DNA from: Parcubacteria group bacterium GW2011_GWA2_40_14
GTDB taxonomy: Bacteria > Patescibacteriota > Minisyncoccia > Phycocordibacterales > DATDWN01
Reading direction: 5' to 3'
DNA: 54,464 nucleotides
Assembly: GCA_000996025.1 (NCBI GenBank)
Contig: LBYF01000003.1
Location: forward strand, 1-54,464
Part shown: positions 18,795 through 27,758 of the stretch, in pieces
How positions within the stretch are numbered: the stretch's first letter is position 1
Layout: the number at the start of each line of letters is the position of its first letter
Position numbers and translations under genes: made by a program
The notes under the pieces: generated by a model
Database searches by the model: none
What the model was told of the DNA's origin: nothing
What the model saw: the letters and a program-made list of their open reading frames with translations, nothing else

Positions 18795-19484
18795 ATGCGT
18801 ATAAACAAATACCTTGCCCATAAAGGCGTAGCCACGCGCACAGGCGTGGACGAGCTTATCACGCACAGCAAAGTGCTTATAAACGGTAAACTGGCCAAAC
18901 TTGGAGATAAGGTTCTAGAAACAGATGTGGTGGAAGTGCGTGGAGTTCACCACAAAAAGAAACTTGTTTACTTTGCCTACAACAAACCAAAAGGCGTGGT
19001 CAGCACAAATCCACAAGGCAACGAAAAATCCATTCCCCCTATGTCCGACATCGGGGTAAAGGTTTTTCCGATTGGTCGCTTGGATAAAGAGTCGCATGGC
19101 CTCTTGATATTAACTAATGATGGTAGGATAACCGACAGATTACTCAATCCAATCTACGAACACCAAAAGGAGTATGTTGTGGAAGTGGATAGACGCTTCA
19201 CACCTGGGTTTCAGAAAAATATGCAAGAAGGTGTCAAGCTTTCCGATGGCAAAACAAAACCTGCGCAGGTGAACCGAATGAATGATACAACATTTAGCTT
19301 AGTTTTAACCGAAGGTAGAAATCGCCAAATCAGGAGAATGACAGAAAAACTAGGTTACACTGTCCGTGACCTAAATCGGACTCGAATTCAGAATATTGAA
19401 TTAGCAAAATTACCACCGAATTCACACAGAGAAATAATCGGCGAAGAACTTAAAACATTTTTGATAAGTTTAAGGTTGCAGTGA
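18795..19484 (+). CDS. RsuA/RluB-family pseudouridine synthase with S4 domain
   Basis: MRINKYLAHKGVATR (S4 domain) and GRLDKESHGLLILTNDG (catalytic Asp). The ORF is open from 18747, but the S4 N-terminus favours ATG 18795. Confidence 0.85.
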   Translation: MRINKYLAHKGVATRTGVDELITHSKVLINGKLAKLGDKVLETDVVEVRGVHHKKKLVYFAYNKPKGVVSTNPQGNEKSIPPMSDIGVKVFPIGRLDKESHGLLILTNDGRITDRLLNPIYEHQKEYVVEVDRRFTPGFQKNMQEGVKLSDGKTKPAQVNRMNDTTFSLVLTEGRNRQIRRMTEKLGYTVRDLNRTRIQNIELAKLPPNSHREIIGEELKTFLISLRLQ

Positions 19485-19510
19485 GAATAGAGAGACAGTA
19501 CAATATAAGT

Positions 19511-20239
19511 ATGACTGAAAAAGAAGTAGTAAATCTGCCGTTAAAGGATCTCAATATCAAACCCTTGACAAAGCAGGAGATTCACGACACTGCAGTAGAA
19601 AGAGTGCATTTAATATCAAAAGAATTTTCTGACGGTTTTAACTTCCTCCGAAACTATCCGAGGTCAGTGACAATTTTCGGTGGAAATCTGATTAAAGAAA
19701 ACAATCCGTATTATATAAAAGCCCGAGCTCTAGGAGCACGTATTGCAAATGAATTGCATTATTCTATTTTAACCGGTGGAGGACCCGGTATCATGGAAGC
19801 GGCAAATCGTGGGGCATTTGAAGCAGGTGGAGAATCTGTTGGCTTGACTATAGAACTGCCACTGCACCAAATTCAAAACCCATATCTAAATAAACACTTA
19901 AATTTTCATTATTTCTTCAGTCGTAAAGTATGTCTAGCTTTTTCCGCAGAGTCATATGTTTTCTTCCCAGGTGGTTTTGGAACATTTGACGAATTTTTTG
20001 ACCTTCTTACTCTTATTCAAACAGGTAAAATTGAGAAAGTGCCAGTAATACTAGTCGGGTCTGATTTTTGGAAACCATTTGATGAATTAATGAGAAAAGA
20101 AATGCTTGGCCTGGGTACTATAGATAAAGATGATTTAGATTTATATACTATTACAGATAATGAAAATGAGATAATAGAAATCATTAAAAACGCCCCAGTA
20201 CGTCACGGCATTAAATTTATCCACAATCACTTAGAATAA
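19511..20239 (+). CDS. LOG/TIGR00730-family Rossmann protein (nucleotide phosphoribohydrolase-like)
   Basis: GGGPGIMEAANRGA and PGGFGTFDEFFDLLTLIQTGK motifs. Start MTEKEV at 19511 is preferred. Confidence 0.8.
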   Translation: MTEKEVVNLPLKDLNIKPLTKQEIHDTAVERVHLISKEFSDGFNFLRNYPRSVTIFGGNLIKENNPYYIKARALGARIANELHYSILTGGGPGIMEAANRGAFEAGGESVGLTIELPLHQIQNPYLNKHLNFHYFFSRKVCLAFSAESYVFFPGGFGTFDEFFDLLTLIQTGKIEKVPVILVGSDFWKPFDELMRKEMLGLGTIDKDDLDLYTITDNENEIIEIIKNAPVRHGIKFIHNHLE

Positions 20240-20242
20240 CAA

Positions 20243-20461
20243 TTATTTGGAAATTTCTTTTTTTATTTCCTTGAATTCGTTTTCTATTTCGGATAGGCGA
20301 GAGCGGGAGAATTTGATAAGTTGCGCCCCTTCCTTGACATATTCTAGTCCTTTCTCCACGTCTAATTCAGACTGCGACTCAAACCACGAGACGATTTGAG
20401 CCAGTTTTTTCAATATATCATTTAGATTTACTTCTTCAGTTTTTTCGTTTTGTTTTTTCAT
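20243..20461 (-). CDS. xseB: Exodeoxyribonuclease VII small subunit
   Basis: LNDILKKLAQIVSWFESQ..LDVEKGLEYVKEGAQLIKFSRSRL, typical XseB, directly downstream of xseA. Start MKKQNEK at 20461. Confidence 0.8.
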   Translation of the reverse strand: MKKQNEKTEEVNLNDILKKLAQIVSWFESQSELDVEKGLEYVKEGAQLIKFSRSRLSEIENEFKEIKKEISK

Positions 20462-20471
20462 TGTATTGAAT

Positions 20472-20497
20472 ATTATGTACGATATATCGTACATAAT
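20472..20497. repeat. 26-nt perfect palindrome, family C, between xseA and xseB
   Basis: ATTATGTACGATATATCGTACATAAT. The core TACGATATATCGTA recurs at 24255-24280. Confidence 0.9.
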
Positions 20498-20502
20498 ATT
20501 TT

Positions 20503-21741
20503 CTATATCACTTTACTTTGTATTATACCATCTGAAACTAAAATGTCTAATCCATCACCTACTTTAGCATCTTTTACGCTTTTTAAGACTTTTCCCTTGT
20601 TGCGTACAATGCTATAGCCACGAGCAAGAGCTCTTTCTGGACTGGAAAATTCAATTGCTTTAGCTGATTGTTTAATAATCTCTTTTGTATTAGTTATAAA
20701 CAGCACAAACCCACGCTCTAGATCTTTTGCTTTTTGGGAAATACTTTCAGAAATCCTAGCGATGCCAGATTCAATTCTAACCACTGCATGTAAAAGCCTT
20801 TGCTCTGCCTTCTCTAATACCTCCAAAAGTTTTACAAAGCGACTTTGTATTATTGCTTCCGAATTTTCTACTCTAAATTGGCTGTTTTGGAGCCCAGATT
20901 GAAATTGGGTAAAAATCTTTTCTTCAGACAATCGCACATAGGACAAAGCTTCGCTCCATGTTGAGTTCAAAAGATTTGCCACGGCAGTAGGAGTGGAAAC
21001 ATTTTTATCAGAAACAAGCGAAACCAAAGAAATATCTTTGTCATGTCCTATACCCGTCAAAACTGGAGCTCCAAAACTAGCAACTGTCCGCACAAGCATT
21101 TCGTTATTGAAAGCCATAAAAGATTCAAGTGAACCACCTCCACGCATTATAACAAGGACGTCTAACTTTTTATCACGCAGAATTTTCATGGCAGAAATTA
21201 AATCCTTAACCGCATCCTGCCCTTCCACTTTTGAATCCACAAATAAAATTTCAAAGCCGAATTTGCCTAGATTTCCGAGGAAGTCGTTTATAACCGCTCC
21301 ACTTTTAGAAGTGATAACTCCGATACGGTGCGGATAGGACGGTATCTCCCGTTTGCGACTTTCGGTAAACAGTCCTTCTGATTCTAACTTCTTTTTCAGT
21401 TCATTGTAGGCCTTCTCCAGAGCTCCCTCTCCAACAAGCTCAACTTGTTCCACCTGTAGGGTTAATCCGCCATTTGGCTTGTATATATTTGGAGTAGCCG
21501 ACACTATAACCTCCATACCATCTTTTATTTCTACTCCAGAAATTTTGAAATCCCTCTTCCACATAAAACATTTCAGTGTACTCTGGTCTTTGCCGTCTTT
21601 TATGGAAAAATATAGGTATGAACGACCAGGGTACTCTTGTACACCAGAAACTTCACCAACAATTTTTGCTTTCTCAACTTTGAGAGTAACGTTCAGTTTA
21701 TCTAAATATTGACTAACTGAAATAATGTCTGGGGAGTTCAT
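20503..21741 (-). CDS. xseA: Exodeoxyribonuclease VII large subunit
   Basis: OB-fold N-terminus (VSGVQEYPGRSYLYFSIKD), RIGVITSKSGAVINDF, IMRGGGSLE and TGIGHDKD blocks. Confidence 0.9.
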   Translation of the reverse strand: MNSPDIISVSQYLDKLNVTLKVEKAKIVGEVSGVQEYPGRSYLYFSIKDGKDQSTLKCFMWKRDFKISGVEIKDGMEVIVSATPNIYKPNGGLTLQVEQVELVGEGALEKAYNELKKKLESEGLFTESRKREIPSYPHRIGVITSKSGAVINDFLGNLGKFGFEILFVDSKVEGQDAVKDLISAMKILRDKKLDVLVIMRGGGSLESFMAFNNEMLVRTVASFGAPVLTGIGHDKDISLVSLVSDKNVSTPTAVANLLNSTWSEALSYVRLSEEKIFTQFQSGLQNSQFRVENSEAIIQSRFVKLLEVLEKAEQRLLHAVVRIESGIARISESISQKAKDLERGFVLFITNTKEIIKQSAKAIEFSSPERALARGYSIVRNKGKVLKSVKDAKVGDGLDILVSDGIIQSKVI

Positions 21742-21746
21742 GTTTA

Positions 21747-22352
21747 TTATTGTTTCTTCTTTTTTATTCTTCCGTGCACAAATTCAATAATGGCCGGCAG
21801 AAGTGAAACAAAAATAATAGCAATAATTATAGGGGTAAGATAGAGATCAGCACCAGGAATTGCCCTGCCAAGGTAAAAACCCATAGTCGTAATACCTCCA
21901 GTCCACAAAATCCCGCCGACTAGATTGTCTCTCATAAAAGCCCTGCGAGGCATTTCCACTGCTCCTGCCAAAGTTGGGGCAAAAGACCTGACAACTGGAA
22001 CAAATCTTCCAATAATTATTGTTCTGTGACCATATTTTCTATAAAACTTTTCTGTGTAGTCTAAATGTTTTCGTTTGAACCAGTATCTGTCGCCACTGTC
22101 TAAAATAATATCTCGCAATTTCTTGCCCATTATATATGTGAAAATATATCCAGTGACGCTGGCTACAAACAAAACTGCCACAAGCAGGGCTAGATTAAAA
22201 TGTCCTCCAGACGCCAAAAAGCCGGTAGTAAAAAGCAAACTATCTCCCGGCAAGAAAAAAGTCGGCGGAAATGATTCCAAAAAAATAATTAAAAATAAAA
22301 TAACATACCCCCAATATCCAGCTGTTTGTATGAGATGAATCAAATAATCCAT
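21747..22352 (-). CDS. DedA-family membrane protein
   Basis: PGDSLLFTTG and IIIGRFVPVVRSFAPTLAG motifs. Multi-TM. Confidence 0.8.
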   Translation of the reverse strand: MDYLIHLIQTAGYWGYVILFLIIFLESFPPTFFLPGDSLLFTTGFLASGGHFNLALLVAVLFVASVTGYIFTYIMGKKLRDIILDSGDRYWFKRKHLDYTEKFYRKYGHRTIIIGRFVPVVRSFAPTLAGAVEMPRRAFMRDNLVGGILWTGGITTMGFYLGRAIPGADLYLTPIIIAIIFVSLLPAIIEFVHGRIKKKKQ

Positions 22353-22376
22353 AAGAAGGATTATATCATGGAAGTT

Positions 22377-23660
22377 TTACTCCACGAAGGTCAATGCTTT
22401 GCCAGATTTGCCTGCGCGGCCAGTACGGCCGATTCGGTGAACGTAGTCATCGTAGGTGGCTGGTAAGTCAAAGTTTATAACATGAGAGACATCTGAAATA
22501 TCCAGACCTCGAGCGGCTACATCTGTGGCTACCAGTATCTGCACCTTGCCTTCTTTAAAAAGTTTCAGTGAACGCTGACGGCCTGACTGGTTTTTGTTTC
22601 CATGAATTGATTCTGCTTTAAAACCACGTCCAACTAAAAGTTTTGTCAGTTTTTCCACGCCATGTTTTGTTCTGCCGAAAATAAGCACTTTACCAAAGTC
22701 TGGCTGGATAAGCATACTGTGTAGAACATCTAGTTTATTATCCCCTCGGCTGACACGGACTACATCTTGGTCAACCCCTTTTGCTGTGTCTTGAGTTTTG
22801 ACCGAAATCATTACCGGCTCACGCAGGAACTCTTTTATCAGTTTTTCTATTTCTCCTGAAAGAGTGGCGGAAAAGAAAAGAGTGTGACGTGGCTTTGGCA
22901 TTTGGGCCATGATGTTTCGCATATCGTTTATAAACCCCATATCAAGCATACGGTCGGCCTCGTCTAAAACCACTGTTTTGAAAAAGGAAAGATTTAGAAC
23001 TTTTCGTTCTATCAAATCCTTCAGTCGTCCCGGTGTGCCAATAACAAATTCATTGCGATATCGCAAATCACGTATCTGATTGCCGATTGAAGTCCCTCCA
23101 ACACAAACCACAGAATACAATCTCATTCCAATTGTAAAATCTTTCAGTTCTTCCTGTATCTGTAATGCGAGCTCTCTAGTAGGAACCATAATTAAAACGT
23201 TCTCCTTTGGATGCGTTAAAACTTTGTGTATAAGAGGTACCAGATACGCCGCAGTCTTTCCTGTTCCTGTGTTTGCAATACCAACCACATCTTGTCCTTT
23301 CAAAATATGCGGAATGGTTTTGTCTTGAATTGGAGTAGGCGTGACATAACCCTTGCTAACAATATTTTTCTTTAAATTTTCTTCCACTTGAAAGTCAGTA
23401 AAGTTGTGCTCCGGCACAAAATGCTCGGCTTTTTCTGTAATAACAGCTCTATTTACAAAACGAGACGGATGAATGTTGTCGCTACGACCTCTGCCACCAC
23501 CACTTCGCATTCCAGGTCTTGATCCCACTCTACTACCCCTGAAAGGCGCTCTGTTAGTAGTATTTCTTGCACCAAAAGATGGCCGACCAAAGGTAGGTCT
23601 GCCTGCGCCCGCGGGTCTTCCAAAAGTCCGCGTTTGCGGACGTCGTGTACGTGTTTCCAT
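22377..23660 (-). CDS. DEAD-box RNA helicase with an Arg/Gly-rich N-terminal tail
   Basis: Q motif, NTGTGKT, VLDEADRMLDMGF, SAT, HGNKNQSGR and HRIGRTGRAG. Confidence 0.9.
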   Translation of the reverse strand: METRTRRPQTRTFGRPAGAGRPTFGRPSFGARNTTNRAPFRGSRVGSRPGMRSGGGRGRSDNIHPSRFVNRAVITEKAEHFVPEHNFTDFQVEENLKKNIVSKGYVTPTPIQDKTIPHILKGQDVVGIANTGTGKTAAYLVPLIHKVLTHPKENVLIMVPTRELALQIQEELKDFTIGMRLYSVVCVGGTSIGNQIRDLRYRNEFVIGTPGRLKDLIERKVLNLSFFKTVVLDEADRMLDMGFINDMRNIMAQMPKPRHTLFFSATLSGEIEKLIKEFLREPVMISVKTQDTAKGVDQDVVRVSRGDNKLDVLHSMLIQPDFGKVLIFGRTKHGVEKLTKLLVGRGFKAESIHGNKNQSGRQRSLKLFKEGKVQILVATDVAARGLDISDVSHVINFDLPATYDDYVHRIGRTGRAGKSGKALTFVE

Positions 23661-23770
23661 ATATGAAATTGATTGAGATTGTTAAAATATCTCTCCAATT
23701 TCAAATAAGACTCGCGTCTGTAAAGTTCAAGTATTTTGAACCGAAACCAGTGAGAAAACTCAATGAAATA

Positions 23771-23799
23771 AGTATATATTATTAGTCGTATTTTGTCAA
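23771..23799 (-). promoter_or_regulatory. Near-consensus promoter for the DEAD-box helicase (about 100-nt 5' UTR)
   Basis: Minus strand TTGACA (23799-23794), 17-nt spacer, TATACT (23776-23771). Confidence 0.55.
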
Positions 23800-23857
23800 A
23801 CCATGTAGTGAGCTTTGCTCTACTACTAGGGTCAAATTTTTGTGTGTACTTAGAACA

Positions 23858-24619
23858 TTATTTTTTCATATATGCAATCCAGAAATTGCGTTTATAGGAG
23901 CGCTGATTCATTCGCGGGTAGCTTGTTTTCTTTTCCAGATGGAGAATGGTGAAATATTTTTTATAAAATGAGGTAAAATCATCTTTACTCCATACCCGCT
24001 CGGTCAGGTTTATTTCTGGCATGACATATGTATCTTTTTCTTTACCAGGAAATTGTTTCAACAGATTTTTGGCATTTACATCGCCGTCTTTACATAATGC
24101 TTTAACAAAAAAGTATCCACCAGACTTCAGTACGCGATATGTTTCAGCCATATAGACTTCCCTCTCTGCTTCAGAAAGTGAATTTGAAGATGTTACATCC
24201 AGCACAATATCAAAAGTATTATTTTCAAATGGAAATGTTTCTCCAATACTCTGCTTTATATACGATATATCGTATATAAATCCTTCAGCACTTTTTAGAT
24301 TCTTCTTGGCAATATCAATGACTGTTTGGGAAATTTCCAGACCAGTCACAGTATTTCCAAGCGATCCAAACTCCGCTTTAGTCAGAGACTCGAGCGAGGC
24401 GAAGTAGTACGAGTTTCTGCCTGTTCCCGAACCAAGGTCCAGAACCACTAACCTCTCATTTTTGCTAACACTGGGTGTTAGCAAACCTTTGTCTATAGCC
24501 ATTTTTGGCTTCTTTTTCAAAAACTTAACAAAACGCAAAATATCATTCTGTGGAATATTATCTTTGGTCAGAAGTTTTGACTCCCCATATTCCCTATCCC
24601 AGACTTTTTCCTGCGCCAT
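23858..24619 (-). CDS. Class I SAM-dependent methyltransferase carrying two palindromic insertions
   Basis: VLDLGSGTGRNSYYF motif I. Contains the family B (24462-24484) and family C (24255-24280) palindromes in frame. Confidence 0.8.
   Translation of the reverse strand: MAQEKVWDREYGESKLLTKDNIPQNDILRFVKFLKKKPKMAIDKGLLTPSVSKNERLVVLDLGSGTGRNSYYFASLESLTKAEFGSLGNTVTGLEISQTVIDIAKKNLKSAEGFIYDISYIKQSIGETFPFENNTFDIVLDVTSSNSLSEAEREVYMAETYRVLKSGGYFFVKALCKDGDVNAKNLLKQFPGKEKDTYVMPEINLTERVWSKDDFTSFYKKYFTILHLEKKTSYPRMNQRSYKRNFWIAYMKK
24255..24280. repeat. 26-nt perfect palindrome, family C, in-frame in the methyltransferase
   Basis: TTTATATACGATATATCGTATATAAA, read as FIYDISYIK. Confidence 0.9.
24462..24484. 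repeat. 23-nt palindromic element, family B, in-frame in the methyltransferase
   Basis: TTGCTAACACTGGGTGTTAGCAA, identical to 12303-12325. Confidence 0.9.
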
Positions 24620-24668
24620 GTTGTCTAATAGACTACCACAAACTTTCAGATTTGGATGAGATCCGACA

Positions 24669-24733
24669 CTGAAAACTTTGAGATGCCCGCAAGCGTACTC
24701 GTTGTACGGTGAGGACTATCTCAAAGTTTTCAG
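24669..24733 (-). other. Long hairpin with conserved loop (candidate structured RNA or repeat), copy 1
   Basis: Perfect 16-bp arms CTGAAAACTTTGAGAT/ATCTCAAAGTTTTCAG around a 33-nt loop. The loop reverse complement aligns with the loop of the 53734-53794 hairpin (CTCAyCGTACmAC..AGTACGCyT.CG). Lies just downstream of the kinase gene on the same strand. Confidence 0.45.
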
Positions 24734-24786
24734 CTAGGTGAGAAGTGATGTTATCACTTCGCAAGACCTTTTCAGGGTTTTTGTAA

Positions 24787-26502
24787 TCAAAAAGTCGAAA
24801 AGGTGTACTGCTCCTGTAAGGAGATCGCCAAATGTGGAAGTTCTATGATAAAGGTACTTCCTCTTCCTCGACCGGGAGATTCTACCCAGACTTTGCCTTT
24901 GTGAGCTTCTACTACACCCTTGACGAAGACCAGACCGTAGCCAGTAGCGTTTATGTTGATTTTGAGGGATTCTACTCCTCTACCGCCAGCCTTGAACAAT
25001 CTATCCCTATCCTCCGGAGCAATACCTATACCGGTATCTTTGACAGTCAGTTTTATATTTTTATCATGGCACGATAGAGTAATAGTAATTCCTCCATGCT
25101 CTGTGTAGTTTATAGAATTATCTATCAAGTTTCGGACGGCTTCGCCAAGTTGAGTAGTATCACCGATTATATTGTAATCTCCCGGGGTAATTTCCAGATT
25201 GAGAACCAGTCCTTTTTTGTCGGTATGTTCTTTTTGTTTGGAAACAACATCCTCCACAAGTAGCTTCATATCCAATGGCTTCATGTCGTACGGCAATGTC
25301 CCACTCTCGGCCGAAGCTCCCTTCAGAATTCCTTGGACATAGTTAATCCCAGTATCTGTTTCTTCCAAACCTTTTTCTAAAAGTGGCACGGTGTCAGCAG
25401 GCATAACCCCATAGTCACCAGTCATAAGTTCGGCAAAAATATTTTTGGCATTACCAAACCGCCCCTTAATCTGGTGATTCATAAAATGCATAAGCGACAC
25501 CTGCCCTTCATTTGCCGTTTTTAATTCCCCCGCCAATTTCTCAATCTTTTCCCGTTGTTCAATTTCCTTTTTAACACTTTTTATAAGTAAGTATCCAAAA
25601 ACCATAACCAAAACAAAAGTAATTCCAGTTAAAATTCTATTGGTTACTGTCCTGACAAAGAAAAACTCTGAACCTATAAACACAACAAGTGCTCCGATAA
25701 GAACTTGCGCTCCAAAAACTTTGGCATTAAAAGTTTTATATTTGACTATAATATAAGCCAAAAATGCCAAAAAAACAGGTACTCCAAATATTCCATACTG
25801 ACCAATAGTCCAACTATAATCGCCGAGTACAGAATTTGTGTTAAATAAACTGCCGATAACATTTCCGAATGAAAAAGCGATTAGAAAACCGATGCTACCT
25901 AAAGTTATCAAAAGAATTTTTTGTTTTTCGTTTTTATCTCTTCTTTGTACATAACTCTTTATGACAAACGAGAGTATCCACAGGATAAATATAATCTCAA
26001 TAAAATAACCATAATATGCCATTGGTCCTTCCACTGCGTCTCTATCGCAATTAGAAATATCGTATCCTAAAATAGCCAGTTTGGTGGAAGCAAATATGAC
26101 AGTTGGGGTTAAAAGTAAAAATATTATCAGTTTTTTAGTGAAAGAAATATCTTTCTCATCAATAAACAAATAGAGAAAATGTAGCAGTCCGGCATAAATC
26201 ATTGGTTCTAACAATACTAATATTGACCATGCATACATTGTTAAAGCAGGTTTGTCCGTTGCCCAAATTATAAGGTCATTGAAAAGCCAAATATCCAAAA
26301 GAATTGTGGTTACTAAAAGAATTTTTGTCGCCAGATTTTTACTGCTCTTAAAATATAAAAATGTTACAAGTATAAGAGATGCTACCAGAGGAAAAAGATG
26401 TGAATAATAGATAAGCGGGTCAAAGACATTGTTTGATATAAAAAGAAACCTTACAGAATCCCAATTGCAAGCAGAGATCAAATTTACAACTTCGTTGGTC
26501 AT
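24787..26502 (-). CDS. Membrane sensor histidine kinase (multi-TM N-terminus)
   Basis: About 9 predicted TM segments, then FMNHQIKGRF (phospho-His region) and HATPase blocks (NLIDNSINYT, DTGIGIAPEDRDRLF, GYGLVFVKG). Confidence 0.8.
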   Translation of the reverse strand: MTNEVVNLISACNWDSVRFLFISNNVFDPLIYYSHLFPLVASLILVTFLYFKSSKNLATKILLVTTILLDIWLFNDLIIWATDKPALTMYAWSILVLLEPMIYAGLLHFLYLFIDEKDISFTKKLIIFLLLTPTVIFASTKLAILGYDISNCDRDAVEGPMAYYGYFIEIIFILWILSFVIKSYVQRRDKNEKQKILLITLGSIGFLIAFSFGNVIGSLFNTNSVLGDYSWTIGQYGIFGVPVFLAFLAYIIVKYKTFNAKVFGAQVLIGALVVFIGSEFFFVRTVTNRILTGITFVLVMVFGYLLIKSVKKEIEQREKIEKLAGELKTANEGQVSLMHFMNHQIKGRFGNAKNIFAELMTGDYGVMPADTVPLLEKGLEETDTGINYVQGILKGASAESGTLPYDMKPLDMKLLVEDVVSKQKEHTDKKGLVLNLEITPGDYNIIGDTTQLGEAVRNLIDNSINYTEHGGITITLSCHDKNIKLTVKDTGIGIAPEDRDRLFKAGGRGVESLKININATGYGLVFVKGVVEAHKGKVWVESPGRGRGSTFIIELPHLAISLQEQYTFSTF

Positions 26503-26666
26503 ATTTTCAAAAGATTTTTTATAGAATCCAGAGCGTTTGGGACAGAATTTGCATCAGTAAAAAAAGTTATATCTTCCAAATAAATATAGCGATAAAAAGA
26601 AATGAAAGCAGAAATTATTATCGAAAAAATAAATAATATTAATAATACTTTAGATTTTTTGTCCAT
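26499..26666 (-). CDS. Small membrane protein (55 aa), translationally coupled to the kinase
   Basis: MDKKSKVLLILFIFSIIISAFISFYRYIYLEDITFFTDANSVPNALDSIKNLLKI. Its TGA overlaps the kinase ATG (ATATGA). Below the track cutoff. Confidence 0.4.
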   Translation of the reverse strand: MDKKSKVLLILFIFSIIISAFISFYRYIYLEDITFFTDANSVPNALDSIKNLLKI

Positions 26667-26688
26667 TTAAATTTCTTATATAAAATAT

Positions 26689-27177
26689 CTATATAATATT
26701 TTTATTTCCATTATAAGTCTTATACACTTTTTTAAAATAAGTAGGGATATAAGGCAAGTATTTCTTGAAAGTTCTAGTCGGTAAGTACTGAATTGACCGA
26801 ATAATTTTTCTGCAGTTTTTCTCTCCGCAATTACATTTCATTTTCCACATATCATCTCCTTCAATTATGGAATAGTCTATGGTGATTTCTTCTCCTTCTT
26901 TTATATTCTTAAGAGCAACCATTGTTACCTTACCTTTTATACTGGAATTTGGATTACATGAGTGATTCAAATATTCATTTGGATATTGCGGGTCAATCCA
27001 TCTATGTTTTCCAATTCCTATCCAATCTGGATACGTTAACGACTCTTTTTTATTTCTTGGAACAAAAAGTTTTATTTCTCCCTTAATATGCTGTATAACT
27101 TCGTCTTTTTTAATATTCTCACCGGCAAAAAGACCGATTCTATCTATTTTACTTGTGCTGTGATAAATATGTTTCAT
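26689..27177 (-). CDS. SET-domain protein (lysine methyltransferase fold), the only intact copy
   Basis: GLFAGENIKKDEVI, NHSCNPN, EEITIDYS and post-SET CNCGEKNCRK. Confidence 0.85.
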   Translation of the reverse strand: MKHIYHSTSKIDRIGLFAGENIKKDEVIQHIKGEIKLFVPRNKKESLTYPDWIGIGKHRWIDPQYPNEYLNHSCNPNSSIKGKVTMVALKNIKEGEEITIDYSIIEGDDMWKMKCNCGEKNCRKIIRSIQYLPTRTFKKYLPYIPTYFKKVYKTYNGNKNII

Positions 27178-27350
27178 GTGTTTGCAATTTTAACATATAA
27201 TTTATAAAAAATCTATCTTTTATATTACAGGTGATATTTAATTGTACAACAACCTCGTTAATCTTGACAAGATTTCGCCATTTGATATTCTGTATATAGA
27301 CGCTCTTTTGAGTGTACTATCAAACCCACGAGGAGAAAGGACTTGGAAAA

Positions 27351-27695
27351 ATGGCACCAGTTTTAACACTTCCAGACATTTCGGAAGTCACACCACTTTC
27401 CGACAAAGACCAGCCGATGATCGACGAGATTATTGATGTGTTGCGAAGGCATGGCAACCTAAATCGGTTTGGTCTTGTGCTTCTCCATCAGCATTTTAAC
27501 CTTGCTGATGACGAGGTGTTAGTTGAATCGACCGACAAAGAAAATCGTACTCAAACGACTAAGCCGATAAAGAAAGACGATCTGTCACGGATGAATCATA
27601 CAGAAACGTCATGGCGTCTTGATACAGGAAAGCCGATGATGGCTTGCTCGTGTATTAAGTTCGGTGACGATCATCAGCACCTGAGCAGAGGCTGA
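27351..27695 (+). CDS. Hypothetical protein (114 aa)
   Basis: GGAG-rich SD before ATG 27351. Higher GC than surroundings. Own hairpin downstream. No motif recognised. Confidence 0.5.
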   Translation: MAPVLTLPDISEVTPLSDKDQPMIDEIIDVLRRHGNLNRFGLVLLHQHFNLADDEVLVESTDKENRTQTTKPIKKDDLSRMNHTETSWRLDTGKPMMACSCIKFGDDHQHLSRG

Positions 27696-27702
27696 CTCCA
27701 TA

Positions 27703-27731
27703 CCCCGCTACTTGTAAATAAGGTGGCGGGG
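27703..27731 (+). terminator. Hairpin terminator candidate
   Basis: CCCCGCTACTT / AGGTGGCGGGG stem with a weak T tract. Confidence 0.5.
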
Positions 27732-27758
27732 TAAACTATATTTTAGTATCATAGTTTT

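Noticed and set aside
24669-24733. Integron attC interpretation of the long imperfect hairpins downstream of genes
   Set aside because: The arms do not contain the RYYYAAC / GTTRRRY core sites. There are no extrahelical-base features and no integrase.
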